Of a stretch of 64,000 bases of DNA, positions 47,347 through 56,015 are shown in pieces (within the stretch, counting starts at the first letter, position 1; each line of letters starts with the position of its first letter). The notes under the pieces are model-generated. The model did not search any database and was not told the DNA's origin. It saw only the letters and a program-made list of their open reading frames with translations. Source of the DNA: Candidatus Undinarchaeales archaeon (lineage in GTDB: Archaea > SpSt-1190 > JASMDC01); the NCBI GenBank assembly GCA_030753015.1, contig JASMDC010000003.1, forward strand, positions 90,780-154,779, in the 5' to 3' direction. Both the position numbers and the translations under genes were made by a program.

Positions 47347-48744
47347 CTAGAACGCCTCGAGAAAGGCGGTGTACTCTCGCACCGTCGCGTAGAGATCGTC
47401 CGCGTGGACAACCTCTGCCTCGGCAGAGTGCATGGACCAGATGGCAGGTCCCGAGTCAATAACGGAAGCACCCTTCTGGGCGATGAACTTGGCGATCGTG
47501 CCGCCGCCACCGCCGTCGACCTGGGCGTAGAGCGTGGGCTGGTAGGCGATGCCCTCGCGTTCGTTCATGTCCTGAAGGCGCTCTGATAGCTCGATAGGCG
47601 ATTCGGAGGCGCCATACTTCCCGCCCCGTCCCGTGTAGGGGGCGATGGTGACGCCCTTGCCCGCGTGGGCTCCGTTGGCCTTGTCGTAGTTCTCGGGGAA
47701 TATGGGATTGTAAGCGGCCTTCACGTCGGCAGAGATGCCGGCCGATGCCATGACGACCTCCCGCTTGAAGGCGTCGGGATCCTGGATGTAGGGAACCTCC
47801 TGCCGCGCAGCAGCGAAACCCTTCTCGTCGATGGCCTCCCTGGCCTTGGCCCCTCCGACCACTCCTGAGACCTTGTCGATCACATAGTCAAAGAACGCGC
47901 CCTGTGCGCCGGTCTTGCCGTTGGAGCCGATCTCCTCCTTATCGAAGGCGAACGCGATGGCCGTGCGGCCAGGTGTGCCGATATCGGTTATGGCCTTGGT
48001 GGCCGCGTACGAGCAGATGGTGTCATCGTGCTGGCCCACGAGGGTATCCCCGACACGGTAGGGTTCGGCACGAGGGACGATGGTGAGGGACGCGTTGAGA
48101 AGGTCCTTCCCGGAGATCTCGGTCCCGGCGCTCTCGGAGAGTGCAGCGTAGAAGTCGTCCTTTGTGAAGTATCCGGTGAACACGTCGAGCTTCTCGCCGG
48201 GGAAAGCGTCACCCACCTTCTGGTCGGACTGCTTGTCGAGGTGGGGGAGCTTCTCGGGCACAGTGGCCAGATCGAGCTGGACCTGGTAGGTCTTCCCGTC
48301 CTTGGCGATCTCTCCTCGGAGTTCAAGGGGGCGGGCGAACCACTGGTGCTTCTTGATGCCCCCGTAGTACTGGGTGTCGATGAAGACACCGTCACCCGAG
48401 TCGAACACACCCTCAGCAGCCCGCTTGACATGGAGCTCTGGAGTGTCGAGGTGGGCGAACAGCATGTTGACGCCCTCGGAAAGTTCTTTCGAACCGATGA
48501 CGATACCGGCCACATCGCGGTAGTCCTCTGAGGCAACGTAGACCTTGCGGCCTGCGAGCTCCTCGGTGGACACTCCCGCAGAAATTTCCTTCTCGAGCTC
48601 TTCCACAGGGATAAATCCGGCGGACTCAAGTCGCCGGACCATCTCACGGCCGGTATCGGGAGCGGTGCGTGACGCCTTCTGGAACTCCAGGTAATCCTGG
48701 GCGATGGCATCCCGTTCCGTATTCCCGTTACTGGTCGCGTTCAG
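47347..48744 (-). CDS. M18-family aminopeptidase, copy 2 (probable CTG start)
   Basis: AHLDTP, QYYGGIKKHQW, HDD, DKEEIGS, SADV, MHS. Homology with copy 1 extends 34 codons upstream of the ORF-track ATG to a CTG preceded by GGAGG. Confidence 0.88.
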   Translation of the reverse strand: MNATSNGNTERDAIAQDYLEFQKASRTAPDTGREMVRRLESAGFIPVEELEKEISAGVSTEELAGRKVYVASEDYRDVAGIVIGSKELSEGVNMLFAHLDTPELHVKRAAEGVFDSGDGVFIDTQYYGGIKKHQWFARPLELRGEIAKDGKTYQVQLDLATVPEKLPHLDKQSDQKVGDAFPGEKLDVFTGYFTKDDFYAALSESAGTEISGKDLLNASLTIVPRAEPYRVGDTLVGQHDDTICSYAATKAITDIGTPGRTAIAFAFDKEEIGSNGKTGAQGAFFDYVIDKVSGVVGGAKAREAIDEKGFAAARQEVPYIQDPDAFKREVVMASAGISADVKAAYNPIFPENYDKANGAHAGKGVTIAPYTGRGGKYGASESPIELSERLQDMNEREGIAYQPTLYAQVDGGGGGTIAKFIAQKGASVIDSGPAIWSMHSAEAEVVHADDLYATVREYTAFLEAF

Positions 48745-48759
48745 GTGTATCCCTCCTGT

Positions 48760-50184
48760 TCAGCTCTCGAGGTAGGCCTCGATCTCCTGCTCGCACGAGT
48801 AGAGGTCGACCACGTGGGCAATCTCCGATGCGGGGGAGTGCATGCTCCAGAGAGCAGGGCCTGTGTCGATAGTGTCAACTCCCTTCTGGGCGATGAACTT
48901 GGCGATCGTACCGCCGCCACCGCCATCCACCTTTCCGAGGAGACCCGGTTGGTAGGGGATGGAGTTGCGGGCGTTGATGGCACCGAGCTCCTCCGTAGCG
49001 CCGATCGGTGCCTCAGATGTGGAGTACTTGCCTCCCGAGCCCGTGTACGGGGTGACTGTAACGCCCTCACCGAGGTGGGCCGAGTTGCGCGGATCGAAGT
49101 TCTCGGGGAAGATCGGGTTGTAGGCGGCGTTGACGTCCGCTGAGAGCGCCTTGGAGGCGTAGAGCACCTCACGCTTGAACGCGCCGGCGTCCCTGAGGAA
49201 CTGCTCTTCCTTGTACACATCACCGAATTCCTTCGCCTTGAGCTTCTCGGTGACCTCGGCGCCTTTGACCACTCCCGTGACCTTGTCGACCACATAGTCG
49301 AAGAAGGCGCCTTGGCCCCCGGTCTTGCCGTTGGAGCCGATTTCCTCCTTGTCGAATCCGATGACGATTGCTGTGTGCTTTGGTGTCCCGATGCGGGTTA
49401 TGGCCTCGGTCTGTGTGTAGGAACAGATTGTATCGTCGTGCTGGCCGACGAGCGCTTCGCCCACACGGTAGGGATCGCCCCGGGGGACGACGGTGAGGTA
49501 CGAATTGACCAGGTCTTCCTTTGTGATCTCGATGCCCGCCTTATCGGACACGGCCGCGAGGAAGTCAGCCTCCTTGAAGTAGCCGGTGAACACGTCGAGC
49601 TTCTCTCCTGGGAAGGCGTCGCCCACCTTCTGACCGGACTGCTTGTCGAGGTGGGGGAGCTTCTCTGGTACCGTGGCAAGGTCGATGGTGAAGTGGTGGA
49701 GCTTGCCATCCTTGGACACCTCTCCTCGGAGCTCGAGGGGGCGGGCGAACCACTGGTGCTTTTTGATCCCACCGTAGTACTGTGTGTCGAGGAACACGCC
49801 GTCGCCGTCGGTGTCGAAGATACCGCCTTCGGCACGCTTGACGTGGAGCTCGGGTTTGTCCATGTGCGCGTACGCTAAGTTCATTCCCTGCTCCAGGCCT
49901 TCTTCTCCGATGACGATGCCTGCGACGTTCCGGAAGTCCTCCGAGGCGATGTAGACCTTCTGGCCCACGAGCTCCTCGTACGAAGCGCCCTCCTTGACCT
50001 CCTCTCCCAGATCCTCGATGGACCGGAATCCGGCGGCCTCTAGACGGCGGACGGTCTCCCTTCCAGTCTCCCAGACGGTCTTTGATTCCTTCTGGAAATC
50101 GAGATAGTCGTTGACCATCTCGTCCATTTCACCTCGCTGGGCATCTGTGAGCTTGTCGATCGCGCGGGTCTTTTCTTCGGCCAT
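48760..50184 (-). CDS. M18-family aminopeptidase, copy 1
   Basis: AHMDKP, QYYGGIKKHQW, HDD, DKEEIGS, SADV, GGGGTIA, MHSP. Confidence 0.9.
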   Translation of the reverse strand: MAEEKTRAIDKLTDAQRGEMDEMVNDYLDFQKESKTVWETGRETVRRLEAAGFRSIEDLGEEVKEGASYEELVGQKVYIASEDFRNVAGIVIGEEGLEQGMNLAYAHMDKPELHVKRAEGGIFDTDGDGVFLDTQYYGGIKKHQWFARPLELRGEVSKDGKLHHFTIDLATVPEKLPHLDKQSGQKVGDAFPGEKLDVFTGYFKEADFLAAVSDKAGIEITKEDLVNSYLTVVPRGDPYRVGEALVGQHDDTICSYTQTEAITRIGTPKHTAIVIGFDKEEIGSNGKTGGQGAFFDYVVDKVTGVVKGAEVTEKLKAKEFGDVYKEEQFLRDAGAFKREVLYASKALSADVNAAYNPIFPENFDPRNSAHLGEGVTVTPYTGSGGKYSTSEAPIGATEELGAINARNSIPYQPGLLGKVDGGGGGTIAKFIAQKGVDTIDTGPALWSMHSPASEIAHVVDLYSCEQEIEAYLES

Positions 50185-50390
50185 GAGTTATCACCTATGA
50201 GTAGTAACGTTCTACTTGCATACTTATAGTGTTAAAGTCATATATAAATGTTTCTCCCGGGCAGGGGTGAATAGCGTCGATCGCTCGCATTCGGCAGGTA
50301 TTTCCTGGGAAAAGTAGATGGTTCAGAGCACTCCGGGACACTTGCAGAGATGCGAGTGCCACCCCCAGGAGCTGGGTGTGGCAGGTAGGT

Positions 50391-50437
50391 GGGGTTGGGG
50401 TAAAAAGGAAAGAAGGGGGGAAAGGGGTACAGGGGAT
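50391..50437 (-). terminator. Pyrimidine-rich terminator tract (G-run cluster on + strand)
   Basis: Minus strand TCCCCTGTACCCCTTTCCCCCCTTCTTTCCTTTTTACCCC directly after the stop at 50438. Confidence 0.45.
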
Positions 50438-50749
50438 TTAAAAAGCCTTCTTTAGTGAGAAATAAATGTCGTCAAAGTAGCGCTTGTCGACGTTTATGAG
50501 CTCGTCCGAGCCGTCCTCGAGGAGCAACCGTAGCCTGCGGAAGTCCATGACTCCCTCGGATCCAATATCTATAATAGAGTCTCTGGGGAATGACTTCCAT
50601 TGGGCGCTGAGGCGCTCGACGTGCTTAATATGAAGTTCGTCCGGCGTGATTACACAGCAAGGATTCCTGCCGACCACCTTGGCATTATCAAGGCACATCA
50701 AGTCGGCGGGTGTGAACATCGGGGTGCCCTCCGCCTTTGTTATCATCAT
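50438..50749 (-). CDS. Small hypothetical protein (possible PH-like fold)
   Basis: 103 aa; beta-strand pattern with C-terminal helix; TTTATATA box upstream. Confidence 0.55.
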   Translation of the reverse strand: MMITKAEGTPMFTPADLMCLDNAKVVGRNPCCVITPDELHIKHVERLSAQWKSFPRDSIIDIGSEGVMDFRRLRLLLEDGSDELINVDKRYFDDIYFSLKKAF

Positions 50750-50920
50750 GGAGTGACAACACCAAGGCGCATATATAAAAGACCCTGAAACTTACGGTTT
50801 TTTCACAGCAATTATCAGGATATCACTTGCTTAGAATCAGGTATAACGCCTAATAAATGTTCCATACGGTTCCAAAAAGAAATTACACCCGAATTAAACC
50901 GCATTGACGAAAATATTTGC

Positions 50921-51205
50921 TTAATCCTGATCAGATTCGCCCTGCTCATGCCACTTGAAGCCCGTCGATGCGATAGGGTGTGGGGCGAGCCTCCGAGCGA
51001 GCGGCCAATGTGTGCTGGTGCGTGGCATGTAATCCTTGCAACCACAGGCAGGACAGGCTTTAGTAACACACTCGGGGTGGAATTGCTTCTCGCATGAAGG
51101 GCATGTAACATAGTCGCGTTCTATATCACCATTGCATGCAGCGCATACGCCAGCATCATCGACCACGGTAAATGCCGCCCTAGGATCCAATTGCGCTCTC
51201 GACAT
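50921..51205 (-). CDS. Small C4HC3 (PHD/RING-like) zinc-finger protein
   Basis: CAAC-x10-CPSC-x4-HPEC-x4-CPAC. Confidence 0.65.
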   Translation of the reverse strand: MSRAQLDPRAAFTVVDDAGVCAACNGDIERDYVTCPSCEKQFHPECVTKACPACGCKDYMPRTSTHWPLARRLAPHPIASTGFKWHEQGESDQD

Positions 51206-52187
51206 CGCATCTGCCCTTGATCATAGCCTCCTCTTTTAGGGAGTGTCCTTCGTACGCGATGGACATGATCGCGCGATTGAAGAACGCACGTAGCTGCTTA
51301 CCATGGACAGGGATGATTGCGCCCATCTCGTTCGCAAGCTCAGAAATGTTAACATTCCCGAGCGGGACACCGACCTTCTCGAACACCCATAAGTAATTGT
51401 TGATGTAGGCCTCAACATCGATCATGCCGACGGCGATGACCTCTCCGCCTAACACGGCCTTGCGAGCATCAATTGAGATGCCCCACTTACCAAGGTCGTC
51501 TATTTTGATGTCATCTCGTGGATTAATGAGTGGATCGAGGAGGTTGTACAGGAAAGGTTTCCCTCGGATCTTCTCTCGCATGAGAGATGCGATTTGTTCG
51601 AGCGCCTCGTTGTTGGCTTTCTTATCGGCCTCTGCGGGGAATGCAGCAATAACAAGTCCCTCTTCCAAATTGCGAATCACAAGGTCATCGTCCTCGAGAG
51701 CACTCATAACGACCTCCTCCCAAGCATTGCGGGGGGAGAGGAGTTCGGGAGTGGCTGCAACGAGGATTTGGTGTTGCACACCATCGCCTTCACCGTGGTG
51801 CACGATTCGGGGGAGTGTGAGTTCAAAACGACGCTTTGTGCCCATGCTCTCTATTATATCAGCGGTCTCGTCATCGTTCGCCCCCTGAGCGACATAGACT
51901 GCCACGGGGAGTTCGGAAGCCTCGCCCTCTGAAGGGAAACCGACCAACAAGGCGTTCGCAGGAATCCCTTTAGGGGGGGAGGTTAATGGCTCGAAAGTAA
52001 CGGTGTAATCGTTAATGGTGCTCCCTGCATAGGAAATACCCCATAGTGTAGATACCTTCAGGCCGCTCTTCTCAAGTGAGCGGACAGACCGCTTCAGGTG
52101 ACCCTCGAGATCGGGGAGATACCTGAAGACGGGGAACGGGATGTTTGCTAGCCCGGGGGTAACTCCTTTGGGCTTCTTGTCGGCCAC
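51180..52187 (-). CDS. Hypothetical protein
   Basis: Start re-assigned to GTG 52187, just after the rpl35ae stop; lower-GC codon usage; no motif recognised. Confidence 0.65.
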   Translation of the reverse strand: MADKKPKGVTPGLANIPFPVFRYLPDLEGHLKRSVRSLEKSGLKVSTLWGISYAGSTINDYTVTFEPLTSPPKGIPANALLVGFPSEGEASELPVAVYVAQGANDDETADIIESMGTKRRFELTLPRIVHHGEGDGVQHQILVAATPELLSPRNAWEEVVMSALEDDDLVIRNLEEGLVIAAFPAEADKKANNEALEQIASLMREKIRGKPFLYNLLDPLINPRDDIKIDDLGKWGISIDARKAVLGGEVIAVGMIDVEAYINNYLWVFEKVGVPLGNVNISELANEMGAIIPVHGKQLRAFFNRAIMSIAYEGHSLKEEAMIKGRCDVESAIGS

Positions 52188-52188
52188 C

Positions 52189-52449
52189 CTATTCGCCGAT
52201 CTCGACGTTGGTACTGATGGCCTGGCCAGGCAGTCCCTTGTCGAACCGTGCCCTAAGTGCCCCCTTGGTCCCGTGTGTGTGGGTGAGGGTGCCGACGATG
52301 GTCTTGCCACCAGTGCTGGTCCAAGTGACCTTCTTACCTATGAAATCCTTGGCCTTATCCTTGGAGTCGATGCCCTTGACCTTCACGATGAACTGGTTGT
52401 TTTGTTGGGTGTGTCGTCCCATGCGGTAGTTCGCGATAGTTCCCTTCAT
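52189..52449 (-). CDS. rpl35ae: 50S ribosomal protein L35Ae
   Basis: MKGTIANYRMGRHTQ...IGKKVTW...HGTKGALRARFDKGLPGQAI; archaeal/eukaryotic-only family. Confidence 0.95.
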   Translation of the reverse strand: MKGTIANYRMGRHTQQNNQFIVKVKGIDSKDKAKDFIGKKVTWTSTGGKTIVGTLTHTHGTKGALRARFDKGLPGQAISTNVEIGE

Positions 52450-53669
52450 TTTCTTGCCCCCTTGACGAACTGTGGGGTGAGGTCCACTACGGCCCGGGAG
52501 GGGAACTCCACTCCAACACGGATGATGCTGGTGCGGTGCTCCTTCTCTAAGGCGTTCAAGATGATCTGCACGAGGCCCTGGCCGATGACGGGTACGTGGT
52601 TGGAATTCTCGATGGTCTTGAAGAGAAGGCTGGGTTCGCTCTCCTTGAACTTACCCACCTCTAGCTTATCGTTCACCGAGGCCACCCACACGTGCTTGAG
52701 GTTCTTCTCAAGGTAGATGGCGATATAGACCTCTTTCTCGAACACCCAAGCATAGCCACGCTTCTTGCCGCCCTCGTAGAGCCAGAACACCTTGGCCGTG
52801 TTCTTCAGCTTGTCCTTGAGCTGACGTGCGCGTTCGCCCTTTTTGAGGAATGTGTCGGAGATATCCTCCATCTTTTTGCAGAAGTCCTCCACTTCCCGTT
52901 GGAACTGACCGATGTCATCGGGTGTGATCTTGGAGGCGGTCTCGTGCTCAATTTCCTTGTGGATAAGGAAAATCTTGTTGTATGTCTCGATATACTTGGC
53001 GTCGATGAGCCCCGGTTTGAGGAGGTGTTCCTCGATAGCATCCCCGATCTCCTTGGGGCGTGCAGGGGGCATATCAAGGGCCATGAGCGCTCCGTTGGCG
53101 GACCACGAAGCGGCCCGGAAAAGCCTCTCGGCGCTCCACTCCATGTATTTATCGACACGCTTGAGGTATGATTTGGACCCGTCCATCTGCTTCCACACCG
53201 CTTCGCGTGTGGGTCGGATGGCCCCTGAGAGCAGGAGCTTCTTGATGGGTTTGAAGAATCCGGAGTCGTACACGGGTACCCCCTCGCGTACGAAGTTGAA
53301 GAAAATTGCGTCTCCGTGGCGGATGTAGTCCCAGAACTCTGTTACGAGATGGAGCTGGATATGGAGCTTCTTATCCATCTGTGCAGCGATCTCGGAGAGC
53401 TTTCTATGGAGCTTCTCACGGATTTCCTGGGGCATTCCACCGCGCTCGACGGTATCATCGACGATGACAAGGACGTCGATGTCGCTCGTTGACTTGAAGT
53501 CACCACGGGCAAAAGAGCCGAACACGATGACAGCGCGGGTATACTGGCCGAATTTCTCTCGCACGATGCCGGTGAACCGCTTCACTACCTCAATTCGCTT
53601 CTTGACGGCGAGTTTCTTGAGGTTCTTGCGCGGTGTTACTGACCGCTTGGGCTCTTCCTTCTCTGCCAT
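52446..53669 (-). CDS. Minimal nucleotidyltransferase fused to HEPN-like helical domain and extra C-terminal domain
   Basis: VFGSFARG...SDIDVLVIVDD Pol-beta motif, then a helical domain containing HKEIEH. Confidence 0.8.
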   Translation of the reverse strand: MAEKEEPKRSVTPRKNLKKLAVKKRIEVVKRFTGIVREKFGQYTRAVIVFGSFARGDFKSTSDIDVLVIVDDTVERGGMPQEIREKLHRKLSEIAAQMDKKLHIQLHLVTEFWDYIRHGDAIFFNFVREGVPVYDSGFFKPIKKLLLSGAIRPTREAVWKQMDGSKSYLKRVDKYMEWSAERLFRAASWSANGALMALDMPPARPKEIGDAIEEHLLKPGLIDAKYIETYNKIFLIHKEIEHETASKITPDDIGQFQREVEDFCKKMEDISDTFLKKGERARQLKDKLKNTAKVFWLYEGGKKRGYAWVFEKEVYIAIYLEKNLKHVWVASVNDKLEVGKFKESEPSLLFKTIENSNHVPVIGQGLVQIILNALEKEHRTSIIRVGVEFPSRAVVDLTPQFVKGARK

Positions 53670-53836
53670 GGCGCTCCTCGGGTGCTAGAGCGTGTAGTTT
53701 TTTAAAGTATCCGGCTCGGTGGCGCTCGCCGTATGCGTGTTCGGGACCCAACCCGTTTTAAAGATTACACGCCTTCCCATCCTCACCTAACGAGCGGCAA
53801 AATCTGTGCCGGCAGACGTGAAAGGAGGATGCGAGT

Positions 53837-54316
53837 ATGTCCATGAAAAAGCATGAGTTCGACAGGAAGCGGACCAAGTGGTTGCGTGAGAAACAGATCC
53901 TTATGGAGAGGGTCGTTCGCTTCCTTCGGGAGAATGCCGAGACCGTATACTCCGGTGAGGAGCTTGAGAAGAAGTTCGGTAAGTTCCTTAAGTTCGAATA
54001 TGGGGTTCTGCTAAGGGATGCGAAAGTGGAGATGATGGAGGGCATGCCGTACTTCTACAGCCCTCTGCCCGATCTCAATCCTCGTCTTACTGTGGGGACG
54101 TGGGTTGAGCATGACTACTGCACATATGAGCATGGCTCGGACCGGTGTACCGTCTTGGGAAAGAGTGGCGTAATCAGCCGCATTGTGGAACCTGACCTCG
54201 ACGCCGACGTGTTCGAACACCGGTACGAGGTGGACTTTGACAATACCATCCTCACACTCAAGAGCAACAACCTTCGTATCATGACCGAGTCCGAACGAGA
54301 GGGTGGGCCCCGATAG
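53837..54316 (+). CDS. Hypothetical protein (C-terminal SH3/KOW-like)
   Basis: AGGAGG SD; VGTWV...GKSGVI...YEVDFD pattern. Confidence 0.6.
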   Translation: MSMKKHEFDRKRTKWLREKQILMERVVRFLRENAETVYSGEELEKKFGKFLKFEYGVLLRDAKVEMMEGMPYFYSPLPDLNPRLTVGTWVEHDYCTYEHGSDRCTVLGKSGVISRIVEPDLDADVFEHRYEVDFDNTILTLKSNNLRIMTESEREGGPR

Positions 54317-54792
54317 CCATCCTTGCAATCCCTGCACGAGGGGCGGACAGGGCTGCGCTTGTGGCCTCGGACCTCGGTTCGGCGCCCTACATCCTTATCA
54401 TAGACACGGAAACGATGAGCGTGGATGCTGTTCGTAACCGGCCTGAAAGGGATGGCCGGGATCCCGGCGAACGGGCAGCCGAACTAATCATAGCTCGGAA
54501 TGCGACGACTGTGCTCATGGGGGACGCGGATCCCCGGGCAGTAGCACTGCTCGAGTCGAGTGGCGCAGAGGTCCGACGAGGCCACAGTGGGACGGTGACG
54601 ACGGTGCTCGAGCGGCAGGTGCCACGTAGTACCATCAGCGTGGACGAGTGTTTCTGTCCGAATTGTAGCTACGCTCACCGGCGCACAGGGGCACGACCCT
54701 GTTTCCAACGCAAATGCCCACAGTGCGGCAGTGCTATGGACCGGCGATGGATTACACCCTATAAGTGGGGCGCGTTCAATCCGGGACAATAG
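54313..54792 (+). CDS. NifB/NifX (FeMo-co binding) family protein with C-terminal Zn/Fe ribbon
   Basis: ILAIPA...DLGSAPYILIID...G...PRA..LL; CFCPNC...PC...CPQCGSAM. Start ambiguous: ATA 54313 or GTG 54361. Confidence 0.75.
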   Translation: MAILAIPARGADRAALVASDLGSAPYILIIDTETMSVDAVRNRPERDGRDPGERAAELIIARNATTVLMGDADPRAVALLESSGAEVRRGHSGTVTTVLERQVPRSTISVDECFCPNCSYAHRRTGARPCFQRKCPQCGSAMDRRWITPYKWGAFNPGQ

Positions 54793-54800
54793 CTAAAAGC

Positions 54801-54832
54801 GGAGGGCGCAGCGCCCTCCATAGTATTAAATA
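54801..54832 (+). promoter_or_regulatory. Inverted repeat plus TATA box upstream of BMC locus
   Basis: GGAGGGCGC-A-GCGCCCTCC (54801-54819), then TTAAATA (54826-54832), about 40 nt before the BMC-T start. Confidence 0.55.
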
Positions 54833-54869
54833 GCTTAGCGTCCTCGCCCTCTCCCGATAACGAGAGCGG

Positions 54870-55517
54870 ATGCCCATGGCCGAACAGAAGGTGCAGCTCA
54901 GATGTTATAGTTACATCGACATGTTGCAGCCGCAGTTCGCGTCGTACTTTGCCACAGTGGCCCGAGGCTACCTCCCAAAGGCGGGCCAGGCCGCCCTCTT
55001 TATCGAGATCGCTCCCGGGATGCCCATCAATCGGATCACTGACGTGGCCGTGAAGGCCACATCAGTCACTGTTGGCGAGCTCATCGTCGAGCGGTCCTTC
55101 GGATTCCTGGAGATTCACCATGACTCCCAGGCCGAAGTGATGCAGGCAGGCCAGGCAATCCTCGACTATCTGGGAATCGATGAGTCCGATAGGCTCAAGC
55201 CCAAGCTCGTCACCAACCAGATCATCAAACGGGTAAACGATTATCACTCCATGCTCATCAACCGCAGTACCAAGGGCATGATGCTCGTGCGGGACCAGTC
55301 TCTCTACATAGGTGAGACCGTCCCTGCAGGCTATGCTGCGTACGCTGCCAACGAGGCTGAAAAGGCGGCCGATATCAACATTATCAACGTGCGCGCCGTT
55401 GGACGTTTCGGACGGTACTATATCGGCGGGACCGAGTCAGAGGTCCAAGCAGCCATGCAGGCCGCAACCGTTGCGGTGAATTCTCTGGAAGGTAAGGAAG
55501 AGGAGCGAAAGAAATAG
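54870..55517 (+). CDS. BMC shell trimer, BMC-Tdp (CcmP/CsoS1D-like)
   Basis: LRCYSYIDMLQPQFA, EIAPG, VERSFGFLEIH, RLKP, LINR, PAGYA..AANEAEKAA, GRFGR. Confidence 0.9.
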   Translation: MPMAEQKVQLRCYSYIDMLQPQFASYFATVARGYLPKAGQAALFIEIAPGMPINRITDVAVKATSVTVGELIVERSFGFLEIHHDSQAEVMQAGQAILDYLGIDESDRLKPKLVTNQIIKRVNDYHSMLINRSTKGMMLVRDQSLYIGETVPAGYAAYAANEAEKAADINIINVRAVGRFGRYYIGGTESEVQAAMQAATVAVNSLEGKEEERKK

Positions 55518-55624
55518 CCCACCCGGGCGCCGCCCCGGGGGATATAATTTAAAGGAATACGTCCGTTATACCTATCTCCCGAAGGGAGAACTGTTCACTG
55601 AAAGAGTATCGGAGGCGACCATAA

Positions 55625-55939
55625 ATGGAAGGGAACATCGCACTCGGCATGATTGAAACACGGGGCCTTATAGGCTCTATCGAGGCCGCGGACGCCATGG
55701 TTAAGGCGGCACGGGTCAATCTCATTGGCAAGGAATTCATCGGTGGAGGCTATGTCACCGTGATGGTACGTGGTGATGTGGGAGCTGTGAAGGCTGCCGT
55801 CGACGCTGGCGCTGCTGCTGCTAAGCGCGTCGGTGAGCTCGTGTCTGTGCACGTCATACCTCGCCCCCACGGCGATGTGGAGTACATCCTCCCCAGTATC
55901 GACACGGCGGCCGAACATCCGGTCGTCAAGAAGAAATAG
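55625..55939 (+). CDS. BMC shell hexamer (BMC-H, PduA/EutM/CcmK-like)
   Basis: ALGMIETRG...[10 protein letters not shown]...[13 protein letters not shown]...HVIPRPH; GGAGG SD; TTTAAA box at about 55548. Confidence 0.97.
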   Translation: MEGNIALGMIETRGLIGSIEAADAMVKAARVNLIGKEFIGGGYVTVMVRGDVGAVKAAVDAGAAAAKRVGELVSVHVIPRPHGDVEYILPSIDTAAEHPVVKKK

Positions 55940-56015
55940 GGTCGCATCGTGAGACCGTCCCCGGTCATACCGGGGGCGGTCGGACCGGATACTTGGGAAG
56001 AGGGGTCGTCATCGT

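Noticed and set aside
48745-48762. Stop-codon readthrough (Sec) fusing the two M18 peptidases
   Set aside because: A GGAGG SD sits correctly spaced before the CTG, and the TGA is at the normal C-terminus, not a catalytic position.
52188-52310. N-terminal part of ORF 51180..52310 overlapping rpl35ae
   Set aside because: Alternative frame of the ribosomal gene; GTG at 52187 is the more plausible start.
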